Numbered from the stretch's first letter, positions 37,228-46,783 are shown. The stretch: 64,000 nucleotides of DNA from a virus (IMGVR_UViG_3300032007_003791), one strand, 5' to 3'. Notes: a model not told the origin generated them from the sequence alone. A program made the numbers and translations.

Positions 37228-39072
37228 TTATGCTGTGTAAGAGCGTCGTACGGTTTTCATTACGATATTTTTCACGACAGTCGAGATTCCTTTGACAAGG
37301 TTCTGGATGCTTGCCATATCAATCCATGTATCATACATGGCTGCAAGGTGGTCCTTGGTCAAGTTGCTGTCGACTGAGATTCCGATTACTTCCATTCCCT
37401 GTTGTTTTGCTTCATCCACGGCTTTCCGTACATTCGATAACGGACCGTTAGGATAACCGTCGGAGATAACGAGAAGGACTGCCTTGCTTTTGCTTTTCTG
37501 CCGGACACGGCTGACAACTTCCTGGATAGCTTCGGCTGTCGGAGTGCCTGATATGGCCTCGATGCTTCCAAGGGTGTACTTATCGTAAGGTTTGCCCCAT
37601 TCGCGGTAAGCGAAAAGCGCATTCAGGTTATAGTCCGTGTATCCGTAGATATTCAGTTCCACATTGGGGATATTACCGACAGCCTCGTTGATGAGGATTG
37701 CGGCCTGGCGTGCGAGCACGAATTTGCGACCATTCATTGACCCGCTTTCATCAATGAGAATGCTGAGGTTCACCCTGTCAGGGCGTGTCACTTCCTTGCG
37801 GCAATAGACGTTCTTGTTTCCCTGTACGGCTTCGGCAATCTTGTTGCCGTCAAGCATACCTCGTTTGAGGCCTGTTTGAACGGAAGTGATTTCCGCTCCG
37901 TGGGTAATAAGGGACCTTTGTACGGTGGGAATGAATTTCTTGACTGCCCGCAGGTCGGACATGTAAATAGCCTTGTTGGGCTCTTTCTTGAGGATAATGG
38001 CATTTTTGCCTATTTCCAGTTGACCGTCCATTTCTTTTGCAAGAAGGTGGTCGTTTTCTTTCAGGTCTTTGGACATGTCATCCTCGGAGATTGTGGTATC
38101 TGCGGACTTGATATTCTTTTCGATTGCATCAAGAATCTTTTCAAGGATTTCTTCCAACTCTTCATCACTGAGTTTGCGGCTGCTGCTTCCTTTTCCGTTG
38201 CCGGAACCGGCTTGCTTACCACTGCCTTGGTCGTCGCCTTCTTCGCCTTCGCCTTCGCCTTGGCCCTGACCCTCGTCGTCTTCGTCCATGTTGTCTTCCG
38301 CGTACTGCTTGAGCAGTTCGTAGATTTTCTTGGCCGTTTCGTAGGTCTCTTCGGTGTTCTCCGGATACGGGGTGAGGATTTCCCGTGTTTCGAGAAGGAG
38401 GTCCGCAAAGTCGTGGACTTCTTCCTGGGTGAGGGTTGCCGGATAACGAACGAGTTTCAGGATGGCGTTGAACGCCTTGGTGAGGTCGTTCTGGTTTTGA
38501 GGCATGTCGTCCTGTACCTTACCGAAATAGAAGTATTTCGTTGCCTTCAGGAAGTTTGCAAGTCCGGGGTTCTCTTCGCCGGTATGGCGTTCAATCATTT
38601 CGTCTTCCACTACATTGTGAATGGCGTGCAAAATCCGTGACTTATCATTTTGTCCGATAGTGAAGTCGGTGTACAAGAGGTGTGAACCTTCGTGCACGGC
38701 AGCCCCTATGAAAACATCGAGTCTCTTGCCAAGTGGAAGCGACTCGTCGTCGAACACCTTGGTTGCCACCCAGAGGGTGTGGCTGTCGGTTGCGTTCCGT
38801 TCGGCGTCCACCTTCACGGTTACCTTGTACGGGTGTCCCATGGAAATGACCATATTACGGGCAATGCTGAGCGCATTCTTGTAAAGGTCCCTGGTGGTGG
38901 CGGGGTTCAGGATTATCGACGAATAGGCGGAATCTTCCGGAAGGGTGTCTTCCCAGCCAAGGCGGTCGGTGGTGCGGATACGCACGTAGGTCTCACCGTC
39001 CCTTTCAAGCCAGTCCTTTTCGAGAAGGGCAACCTTCTCTTCAATGGTCATATTTTTGTAGTTCTGTTTCAT
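37228..39072 (-). CDS. VWA-domain protein (CobT/NorD-like partner of the MoxR ATPase)
   Basis: 614 aa; C-terminal VWA with MIDAS DESGSM; central acidic/Gly-rich linker; N-terminal HEGSH (HExxH-like). Confidence 0.75.
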   Translation of the reverse strand: MKQNYKNMTIEEKVALLEKDWLERDGETYVRIRTTDRLGWEDTLPEDSAYSSIILNPATTRDLYKNALSIARNMVISMGHPYKVTVKVDAERNATDSHTLWVATKVFDDESLPLGKRLDVFIGAAVHEGSHLLYTDFTIGQNDKSRILHAIHNVVEDEMIERHTGEENPGLANFLKATKYFYFGKVQDDMPQNQNDLTKAFNAILKLVRYPATLTQEEVHDFADLLLETREILTPYPENTEETYETAKKIYELLKQYAEDNMDEDDEGQGQGEGEGEEGDDQGSGKQAGSGNGKGSSSRKLSDEELEEILEKILDAIEKNIKSADTTISEDDMSKDLKENDHLLAKEMDGQLEIGKNAIILKKEPNKAIYMSDLRAVKKFIPTVQRSLITHGAEITSVQTGLKRGMLDGNKIAEAVQGNKNVYCRKEVTRPDRVNLSILIDESGSMNGRKFVLARQAAILINEAVGNIPNVELNIYGYTDYNLNALFAYREWGKPYDKYTLGSIEAISGTPTAEAIQEVVSRVRQKSKSKAVLLVISDGYPNGPLSNVRKAVDEAKQQGMEVIGISVDSNLTKDHLAAMYDTWIDMASIQNLVKGISTVVKNIVMKTVRRSYTA

Positions 39073-39075
39073 GGT

Positions 39076-40287
39076 TTATCGTGCTAAAATCATATTGTGA
39101 ACGATAGCGCGTTCGCCTTCGATGTCCGTCCCTTCGAAGAGTTCGAGGTAGATTGTCTCCATTGCGTATCTTGCGGTGCGTCCGCATTCTACATATCTTG
39201 CGCAGCGCATCGTCTCACGCGTGGTTACCGTATTGGAAATGTTCCCGTCGGTGTAATTCTTGCGAATCTTGTTCGCAACGCTGACGATATTCACTGCGTC
39301 CGAGTTCATCAGGTGCGGGTACTTGCTCATTAGCAGGTTTATTTCTTCCTGTTCCGGAAGATACTCGAGTGTCCTTTCAAGGAACCTGTCCCGAAGGGCC
39401 TTGTCGAGCGGGTTGGTGAGGTACTCGGGTCCTTCGTTGATTGTCGCTATGAAGCGGCATTTGGGGTGGACCTTGATTTCTCTCTGACCCTTGCTGGTTG
39501 CCAGTTCGCAGAACATCGTCTTTCGCCAGTCCAGAATGGACATGAGGCTTGTTGCAGCGTCCTTGGACGCTCTGTTGAGTTCGTCGAGGACGATAATGCA
39601 TTCGGTCTGGATTTGTTTTGCGAAGCGTGCCTGGTCGTAGACTGACTCTCCGTTCTCGATACGGTGTACACCCTGCATCTGAGCCACGGCGTCGAACATA
39701 GTCGCCATGTCGTAGATATAGACTGGTACATTGAAGACGGTGCCAAGTAAAGTAGCCAGTGTCGTCTTACCTGTTCCGGCGGGGCCTTTAAGGAGAATGT
39801 TTTCTCCACAGGTAAGGTCCATTATCGTGTCTAACCACTTGTCGTGGTTGATGTAGAACCCGTCCTTGTCGATTGTCGGCGTTGCGAAGTTTGGATTTGC
39901 CTGAATTTTGTCAATCAGGCGGTTTCCTGTTGACTTTACTTTCGTCTGCTGGCCGTCGGCGTTGAAGTTGTTGTCCACTTTGTATTTGAGCCACTCATTT
40001 TTCATTTCGTCGGATGGGCTATTATTCAGAGGTACCTGCTGGGTGGTTTCAACCACCTTTACGTCGTCCCCGATTGCGTAGAACGGCTGGGTGCCTGTTG
40101 TGGCTCTTAACTCACAGACGTCAGAGACGAATATCGTTCCGAGGGGGAAATTCTTCCGAATATCGGAAGGTCCCTGGCAGTTGAGGTCAGGGTTGATGGG
40201 CTGTCCGGCGCTTGTTTTCTGATTCGGAAGAGGACGGAAGCGGACTTTCTTGGTTTCGTCTTGGACGGATTTGAAAAAGTAGAACAT
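39076..40287 (-). CDS. MoxR/CbbQ-family AAA+ ATPase
   Basis: 403 aa; Walker A LLKGPAGTGKTT. Separated from the VWA gene by a 4-nt gap (operon). Confidence 0.8.
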   Translation of the reverse strand: MFYFFKSVQDETKKVRFRPLPNQKTSAGQPINPDLNCQGPSDIRKNFPLGTIFVSDVCELRATTGTQPFYAIGDDVKVVETTQQVPLNNSPSDEMKNEWLKYKVDNNFNADGQQTKVKSTGNRLIDKIQANPNFATPTIDKDGFYINHDKWLDTIMDLTCGENILLKGPAGTGKTTLATLLGTVFNVPVYIYDMATMFDAVAQMQGVHRIENGESVYDQARFAKQIQTECIIVLDELNRASKDAATSLMSILDWRKTMFCELATSKGQREIKVHPKCRFIATINEGPEYLTNPLDKALRDRFLERTLEYLPEQEEINLLMSKYPHLMNSDAVNIVSVANKIRKNYTDGNISNTVTTRETMRCARYVECGRTARYAMETIYLELFEGTDIEGERAIVHNMILAR

Positions 40288-40289
40288 AG

Positions 40290-41477
40290 TGTCTTTTTAT
40301 TTATTTGTCGTTTGTTTCTTGGGTTGGGGCGTTAACTTTGTGTAGGAATTTTCCCACCATGTAGAGAGCTCCGCGAACGGAGTGGTGGGGAAATTTCGGA
40401 ACAATAGTAACACCCTAACCCTCCAATGCGGCAAGCACGAAGGGGAAAAAAAATGACCACAAGGACCACTCGTGGTCCGCAGCCCGCAAGGGGCGCCTTC
40501 CACTCGTGGAAGGCGATGGTCCGTTATTTTTTCCACGAGTGCGCGTGCATTGGAAGGGAAAAGAAATTGCCGTCAGGCTTTTTGTAGGCGTGCTGTTTTG
40601 TATCGGTGGTCACGGTTTATGCGGTACGGGCGGTATGGGCGTGGTTCAGTGGTTAGGATAGGGAATATAGTTTGGTGTGAAATTGGGATTGGCGGATATT
40701 TGTCCGAATTTGGTTGAATTGTCCGTTTACAGGTTGCTCTGGGTGGTTTGGGGCTAATCCGGGGCGCTCTCTCCAGGCTCTGAGCGCCCCAGGTCCGGGA
40801 ATGAATCGGGGTCGTGTCGTGATTTTGGATTCTTCCAAAATCACGATGTTGTTCGAACCCTTCCGGGGGAGGGGCCCTGGAAGGGAAGGACTGTGGCAGG
40901 GTGCTTTTTAGTTCTGTTGCAGGTGTTTTAATGAGCCTGTCCGTTTTACTGCGCATGACGGAATCCGCTGGGCCCCTTGGAAACCGTCTTGAGGCTCATA
41001 GCGTCAAGACGGCAAGGGAAAGCGGATAAGTGGGTGGAAGGGCGTTCAGGGCCCCCCGCGTAGCATTTCCTGAATAGGGCCTGTTCAGGAAATGTGGGAG
41101 CAAGGGGAAGGAACGCCGTGGGTCTCGTGCGTTGGCAAGGCACCCCGCAGGGCCCCTGTTCCCGATAGGGTAGGGGCCGCCAGTTGTATCCTGTAAGGTA
41201 AACTGGCTGCTCCGTTCAGGGAAAGGCGGGGTGCCGTGTGGGGGTTTCTTCTCTTTCTGGGCCCCATGTGCGAAAAGACGATCACGGACGCCTGAAGGGG
41301 CGGACGGGATCGTGGATTTGTGGGTGGATTGGGGAATGAAAGAGAGGAATGGAAGAATGTCCTTTTCTTGGGAAAAAGGGTGGGTGTGGGGTGGTGGTAC
41401 CGTACCACTCGCATGAGTGGTGCGGTACCACCGCTTAGGTGTCCAATAAAAAAGGGAGGTCCTGTATGGAACTTCCC
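40290..41477. other. G-skewed gene-free tract 2 (includes repeat family B copy 1)
   Basis: 1.2 kb without a credible ORF. GGGCCCC boxes at ~40870, 40970, 41050, 41150, 41262. Hairpins at 40815-40845, 40985-41012, 41062-41092. G-tract gggtgggtgtggggtgg followed by an 18-bp hairpin at 41388-41428. Confidence 0.6.
40360..40578. repeat. intergenic repeat family B, copy 1
   Basis: Aligns with 63520-63746: gggaaatttcggaacaa...ccaatgc.g.aagcacga.gg..aaaaaatgacc.caagg.cc...cgcagcccg..aggggcgc...cgagtgcgc...ttggaaggg..aaga.attgccgt.aggc. Closing stem ccaatgc/gcattgg. Confidence 0.65.
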
Positions 41478-42227
41478 TTATAAATTTTTTTTACTTTTTG
41501 ATTTTTTCCGTGTGCTGGTGGACTTGAAAGAATTATATATTTCAAGGCTTGCTTTTTGTTTTGTATACAATTCAACTTGATGAATAATATCTAACTTGAT
41601 AACATCCCAATCTTTTCCAAGTAGACATTTGGGGTTTGGCTCTAAATCAGCTTTTGAAAAATCAACAAGAGCATCTAAAATCTTATCTTCCTCGTGTACC
41701 CATGGCTGCCATTTTTTGTGAAGAGACATTAATTTTTCAAACGGATAAATTTCCAATAGTTTATCAATATCCCACCAATCTTTTTTACGTCCACCGTTAT
41801 TGATAGCTTCCATTTTCATGGCTGCTATCTGATTGACTGATTCAAATCTTATTCCCTCTATGAGCTCTGGACCAGAAATAAATTGGTCAGTATACATAAG
41901 GTCAAGTTTGACAGCATTTTCTTTATTCAGGCCGACATAGTACATTCTACCAAAACCGACAATCCCGGATTTATCCGGACTATCAAAATATGGAAACATT
42001 CTTTGCAATTCATTTTCCAATTTTACAAAGTCTATGCTTCCGTATTCAGCATCCGTAAATAAATCAATATCATCTGAACAACGATGACCAAATCTTAAGC
42101 TAAGATTGGTACCTCCAACAAGGTTAAAGTTATTAAAAACCGGATTTTTCATCAAGGCATTAAGTGTATTGATAAGAACCGGTTTTACAGTTTCATAATG
42201 AAGAAGTTCGTCCTTAATATTTGTCAT
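41478..42227 (-). CDS. AbiEii/AbiGii-family nucleotidyltransferase toxin (DUF1814)
   Basis: 249 aa; N-terminal NTase motif LVGGTNLSLRFGHRCSDDIDLF; AT-rich island. Confidence 0.75.
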   Translation of the reverse strand: MTNIKDELLHYETVKPVLINTLNALMKNPVFNNFNLVGGTNLSLRFGHRCSDDIDLFTDAEYGSIDFVKLENELQRMFPYFDSPDKSGIVGFGRMYYVGLNKENAVKLDLMYTDQFISGPELIEGIRFESVNQIAAMKMEAINNGGRKKDWWDIDKLLEIYPFEKLMSLHKKWQPWVHEEDKILDALVDFSKADLEPNPKCLLGKDWDVIKLDIIHQVELYTKQKASLEIYNSFKSTSTRKKSKSKKNL

Positions 42228-42651
42228 AAAATTTGTTTATAGAATTGATTTCTTCAGCGTTTCCTCTTTCTCTAACCCTGTTTATAATAAAATCCTTATT
42301 TAAAGTCCAATCCAAAGAATTAATATCAATGTCCCAAAATACAACTTTCCTAATATTGGGATATGTTTGGGAAGGAACTTTAATCTGTTTTTTTTGTTGG
42401 AGAAGATAATAAGTTTGTATTATCGCGAAGAAACCATGCTCAAAATGTAATGCATTATCAAGTTTTAATGAAAGAGGAATTGAAATTAGTCTTTTTCCCT
42501 TGATAATTGCATTTAAAGTTTGGTAATGCTCTCCAATATTGGCTGCAAGTTCCCGTTGTGTCATATTGCCATTTTTTAGGCAAGACACAATAATTTTTCC
42601 TGGAGCAATACCTTTATATGCATTTATCTTATTCACGTTGTAAAGGTACAA
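42214..42651 (-). CDS. HTH (XRE-like) putative antitoxin/regulator paired with AbiEii
   Basis: 145 aa; HTH MTQRELAANIGEHYQTLNAIIKGKR; 14-nt overlap with the toxin gene. Confidence 0.55.
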   Translation of the reverse strand: MYLYNVNKINAYKGIAPGKIIVSCLKNGNMTQRELAANIGEHYQTLNAIIKGKRLISIPLSLKLDNALHFEHGFFAIIQTYYLLQQKKQIKVPSQTYPNIRKVVFWDIDINSLDWTLNKDFIINRVRERGNAEEINSINKFYDKY

Positions 42652-42757
42652 AAAAACATAGAAATAAACAAATTTGTTTATTATACAGTTTCCAGAAGGG
42701 TGGTCCCGTTTTCGGGTCCGCCCTTCTGGAAACTGTAAATTGGAAATATAGCTGTTT

Positions 42758-43321
42758 TTAGCTGTTCACGAGTTCATAGACATCAACGAACCAGGGGCAG
42801 TCGCCCTGGGTGATGGTTTCTTCGTCTTTAGGATATTTCCCGAAGACGGAAATTTTTACGACATAGCGGCCACCTTCAAGGAAGGTGACGTTTTTCTCGT
42901 TTTCGAGGTCTTCGAAGAGTTCGTCATTGTCCGGATCGTAGAAGGCATAGTTGTTTTTGCCTACGGCTTTCTTTTTCCAGTCATTGAGGACGGTTTCCGG
43001 TCCGCGCATCGAGGCGTCGTAGCAGTCGCTGTAGTTGTTGATATAGGCGACATGCTTATACTGGGCTTTGATTGCCTTGACTTCTTTGATAGTATGAAGT
43101 CCCCAGTAGGGTGTTCGTTCCGGGACCATGCTGCGGGTGACCATCTGTCCTTTCTTGCCGATGGCATAGAAGATGGGATAGAGGGCGTACTCCATGCACG
43201 AATGGCTTCCTTCGAAGCACTTGTATCCTCCGAAGTATCCTTCGTAGGTGCGTTCCCCAAGAGTGACCTGTACTCTCTGGCCGTATTGCAGATTGAGGTT
43301 GATGAATTCTAATGCGTCCAT
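42758..43321 (-). CDS. hypothetical protein
   Basis: 187 aa ORF. Confidence 0.45.
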   Translation of the reverse strand: MDALEFINLNLQYGQRVQVTLGERTYEGYFGGYKCFEGSHSCMEYALYPIFYAIGKKGQMVTRSMVPERTPYWGLHTIKEVKAIKAQYKHVAYINNYSDCYDASMRGPETVLNDWKKKAVGKNNYAFYDPDNDELFEDLENEKNVTFLEGGRYVVKISVFGKYPKDEETITQGDCPWFVDVYELVNS

Positions 43322-44862
43322 GTGCGTTGTGTTTCAGTTAGGTTTGACATTCTGTCGAGGAAGCGGTAGCTGGCCGCCTCTGCCAGGTGATGTGTCCGTA
43401 TATTGTCGGAACCGTCCAGGTCGGCGATGGTCCTTGCGATCTTGAGGATGCGGCTGTAACTCCGTGCGGAGAGGCCGAGCTGGTTGATGAGTTTTTCCAT
43501 GAGGTCCTTGCAGTCCTCGTCAAGGTTGGCGTAGCGTTCGAGGTCCTTGGCGGTCATCTGGTCGTTGACCTTGAAAGCCTCGTTTTCAAAGCGTTTCTTC
43601 TGGATTTCTCGTGCGGCGACAACCCGCTTGGCGACGGTTGCTGCGTTGTCATAGGTGACGGCATTCTTTTCTATGACCGTATCGGGTACGGGGTGAACCC
43701 ATATCTGGACGGCGATGGAATCGAAGACCGGTCCGCTGATGCGGCTGAGGTAAGCCGCCCTCTGGCCGGGCGTACAGGTGCACCGGTCGCCTTCACCGTA
43801 GTATCCGCACGGGCACGGGTTGCTGGAAGCGACGAGCTGGAAATTGGCCGGGAATTCAACTACTCCCTTGAGGCGGCTGATGACTACTTTCTTGTCTTCC
43901 ATGGGACCCCGAAGGGCATCTAGCTTGTTTTTTGGAATGTCACAGAATTCGTCAAGATAGAGTACTCCGTTGTTTGCAAGTGACACCTCCCCGGGAAGGA
44001 TATGGGTTGAGGAACCGCCCCCGAGAAGGGCTGCAAAGGAGCACGAAATGTGCGGAGAGCGGAACGGTCTGCGATAGGCGCCGTAACAGGCGTTGTAACC
44101 CCGTCCGGATGCGGAGTAGATTGCAGCGTTCACGAGCGCCTCTTCCCTGGTCATCGGCGGAAGGATTTCCGTGAATGCTTTTGCGAGCGAGGTTTTGCCG
44201 CTTCCGGGTACGCCCATGATGAGGACATGGTGTCCGCCTGCAGCAGCGATTTCGAGGGCCCGCTTGGCGCTTTCCTGACCGATGATGGAATCCCAGACGG
44301 AGTCGTCGTTTGCCTTGTTTTCTTTGAATTCCATCTCTGCAATGGTCGGAAGGCTGGACTGGTCCTTGATGACCTGAACGGCTTCGGCAAGGGCCGCTGG
44401 GGCATAGACGGGCGCATCTCCCACGAAGGCTTTGACCTCTTCGGCATCGGCGAATGGAATGATGCACTTATAGCCGTTTCCAACGGCTGTCATGGCGGCC
44501 TGCAGGCTGCCGGGGACGCTCCTGATGCTACCGTCAAGAGCCAGCTCGCCGAAGATGAGCCACTGGTCGAGGTCGGATACCTGAAGGTCTCCTTGTTCTG
44601 CAAGGAGCGAAATGGCGAAGGGGAGGTCGTATCCGCTGCCACTCTTGTTGAGGTCTGCCGGAGCCAGGTTGATGATGATTTTCTTACCGGTGATATGGTG
44701 TCCGGTTGCCATTAAGGCTGTTATGGTACGCAGCAGGCTTTCTTTCACGGCTTCATCGGCGAGGCCGACTATATGAATTCCGATGCCGTTTGATATTTGA
44801 CATTCGATCGTGACGGGAATGGCGTCGATTCCGATGAGCTTAATTGTGTTGGTGGTAATCAT
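43309..44862 (-). CDS. comM: YifB/ComM-family Mg-chelatase-like AAA ATPase
   Basis: 517 aa; GQESAKRALEIAAAGGHHVLIMGVPGSGKTSLAKA, C-terminal ChlI-like region. Confidence 0.85.
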   Translation of the reverse strand: MITTNTIKLIGIDAIPVTIECQISNGIGIHIVGLADEAVKESLLRTITALMATGHHITGKKIIINLAPADLNKSGSGYDLPFAISLLAEQGDLQVSDLDQWLIFGELALDGSIRSVPGSLQAAMTAVGNGYKCIIPFADAEEVKAFVGDAPVYAPAALAEAVQVIKDQSSLPTIAEMEFKENKANDDSVWDSIIGQESAKRALEIAAAGGHHVLIMGVPGSGKTSLAKAFTEILPPMTREEALVNAAIYSASGRGYNACYGAYRRPFRSPHISCSFAALLGGGSSTHILPGEVSLANNGVLYLDEFCDIPKNKLDALRGPMEDKKVVISRLKGVVEFPANFQLVASSNPCPCGYYGEGDRCTCTPGQRAAYLSRISGPVFDSIAVQIWVHPVPDTVIEKNAVTYDNAATVAKRVVAAREIQKKRFENEAFKVNDQMTAKDLERYANLDEDCKDLMEKLINQLGLSARSYSRILKIARTIADLDGSDNIRTHHLAEAASYRFLDRMSNLTETQRTWTH

Positions 44863-44872
44863 GATGGCTGGT

Positions 44873-45361
44873 TTAAAATGTGTCGTTGAGTTTAATTTTG
44901 TTTTTGAGGACTTCTTTTGCTTTCTCTATGTCAGCATCCTGCAGGCCGACGGATTCGAAGGTCTTGACGAGGTGTTCTTTCTGGTGTACGAAGAAGTCGT
45001 CTTCGTCGTCGAGGATGACATAGCCCACTTCTTTGAAGGTGGCGGTTTTCGCATGGGTCCTGAACCATTCTTCGATTTCCTGCCCCCGCATCCATGCACG
45101 GCAGCGCGGCGTGACGCCGATGATTCTGTCGGTGAAGGGGAAGGGAGAATTGCCGAGTCTCGGATTGAACCTGTCTGTGATGTTCGCTATAGTTGACTGT
45201 AAGTCGCTTCCTCTCCAGGATGAACTGATGACGATGTATGCGTCGGTTTCTTTCAGGAGGCGGCCCAGTCTTTCGATGAGCGTTTTAGACAGTTTGTATC
45301 CTGATTCGGTGCTGGTGATGACCCCGTCGAAGTCGAGGAAGATGATGTTTGCTGTTTTCAT
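44873..45361 (-). CDS. HAD-superfamily hydrolase-like protein
   Basis: Start trimmed to MKTANIIFLDFDGVI (DxDG-type HAD motif I). Confidence 0.5.
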   Translation of the reverse strand: MKTANIIFLDFDGVITSTESGYKLSKTLIERLGRLLKETDAYIVISSSWRGSDLQSTIANITDRFNPRLGNSPFPFTDRIIGVTPRCRAWMRGQEIEEWFRTHAKTATFKEVGYVILDDEDDFFVHQKEHLVKTFESVGLQDADIEKAKEVLKNKIKLNDTF

Positions 45362-46092
45362 AGCGCTTTCCCGTTTAACCATTTGACGTATTTCCATGCG
45401 ATACCGACAGTGACCTCGGATTCGGCCTTGGTGCATCCTGTCTGCTGGAAGCCTCCGTAACAGGGAAGGATTGTTACGACGGTCCCGTTCGAGAGTTTTA
45501 CTCTCACTTGACGTTTGTCGGCGGTATCGTATCCGGAAAGGGTGATTTCCTGGATGACCGGCACGTCGGGTTTCTGCACTTCGTCAAAGAGGTGTGCCTC
45601 TTTTGCGATTGCTTCGTAGTAGGTGTCGGCCTGGTTGGCGTTGATGGGCTGGGAAGCCGCTACGGCGATGCTGTCCACGAAGTTGTTCCTTGGGTCGTCG
45701 GCGTGGCCCTTGACCTTGACGAACTCGATGCTGAAGTTCCACTTGGGGTCCTTTTTCATGCTTTCGAGGGCATCATCCAGTTCTTTCCAGAGGTCGCTGT
45801 TGGTTTTCTTGGACCAGCCCTGGTTCATGGTGTTGATAACCAGCTGCGAGTCGGAGTAAACAGTGACCTTGATGTCGGTGTCTTTACTTTCCAGGTTGAT
45901 GATTGCTTGTGCGAGGTCCTTGAGGCCGTTGGCGACGGCAAGGATTTCCATGCGGTTGTTGGTAGTGACGCGGTATCCGCCGCTGTGCTGCATGATGTTG
46001 TCTCCTTCTTCGTTGAAGGCTACTGCCGCCCAGCCGCCGCGGCCTGGATTGCCGGAGCATGCTCCGTCGGTGTAGAGTGAATAGTGTTTCAT
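45358..46092 (-). CDS. rnhA: ribonuclease H (RnhA-like) with C-terminal extension
   Basis: Start trimmed to MKHYSLYTDGACSGNPGRGGWAAV; RNase H catalytic residues in YTDGA, NNRMEL, YSDSQ, GHAD. Confidence 0.8.
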   Translation of the reverse strand: MKHYSLYTDGACSGNPGRGGWAAVAFNEEGDNIMQHSGGYRVTTNNRMEILAVANGLKDLAQAIINLESKDTDIKVTVYSDSQLVINTMNQGWSKKTNSDLWKELDDALESMKKDPKWNFSIEFVKVKGHADDPRNNFVDSIAVAASQPINANQADTYYEAIAKEAHLFDEVQKPDVPVIQEITLSGYDTADKRQVRVKLSNGTVVTILPCYGGFQQTGCTKAESEVTVGIAWKYVKWLNGKAL

Positions 46093-46118
46093 GATTGTTT
46101 TTTTGTTGATTTTGAGTT

Positions 46119-46439
46119 TCACAATGCGGAAAGTTTTTCTTCTGAGATACTTGATACAAGGTAGAAGGCTTCGTACAACCCGCTCGGACATTGTGATGTG
46201 CAGAGGGCGTAGTTCCCTTTGGTTGCTATGATGTGGTCGCAGGTGGATTTATTGTCGAGGATGGTGTCTCGCATGGTACCGAGCGCCATTGCCGTGTCGA
46301 TGTTTTCGTTTCCGTAGTCCCAGTCGGAGAGGAAATCGATTGCTTTGCGTGTCCAGCCGCGTCGGACCATCTTCTTGATGGTTTCGAATTCTTCGTAGGC
46401 CGGTTGATTGTCTATACGGATGATTTCGTAGAAGAGCAT
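46119..46439 (-). CDS. hypothetical protein
   Basis: Start trimmed to MLFYEIIRIDN to remove an Arg-rich artefactual extension. Confidence 0.4.
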   Translation of the reverse strand: MLFYEIIRIDNQPAYEEFETIKKMVRRGWTRKAIDFLSDWDYGNENIDTAMALGTMRDTILDNKSTCDHIIATKGNYALCTSQCPSGLYEAFYLVSSISEEKLSAL

Positions 46440-46441
46440 GG

Positions 46442-46783
46442 TCAGATTTCTTGTGGTTGTTTTTCGAGGATACTCAGTTCGGTTGCGAGCACGTCGTAGA
46501 TTTGAACGACGTTTTCGTCTTCGTCGATGGCGCGGCATTGGCGGAGCCTTCCTTTGGCGTGGATCCAGTCGTCTTTTTGAGGGATGACAAGTTTGTCTTT
46601 ATTTTCTTTGGTCCACACGACGATGAGGAACCATGTCGTGTCGATGCAGATGGTTTTGTCGGAACGGAGGTGTGTGTAATTGGTTGCGACGCTCAGGGTG
46701 ATTTTGATTGCGCCGTTCACTTTTTGGACATTCGCTTGTCCGACGATACCCTGGATTTCGACGATGTTGATGAATTCGTACAT
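46442..46783 (-). CDS. short SSB-like OB-fold protein (paralog of 35332..35688)
   Basis: Start trimmed to MYEFINIVEIQGIVG; homologous to the SSB-like protein at 35332. Confidence 0.5.
   Translation of the reverse strand: MYEFINIVEIQGIVGQANVQKVNGAIKITLSVATNYTHLRSDKTICIDTTWFLIVVWTKENKDKLVIPQKDDWIHAKGRLRQCRAIDEDENVVQIYDVLATELSILEKQPQEI

Noticed and set aside
41388-41428. 18-bp hairpin in tract 2 as a Rho-independent terminator
   Set aside because: No U-tract follows on either strand (the + strand continues gcttaggtgtcc, the minus strand continues accccacaccc), so it is a stable hairpin but not a canonical intrinsic terminator.
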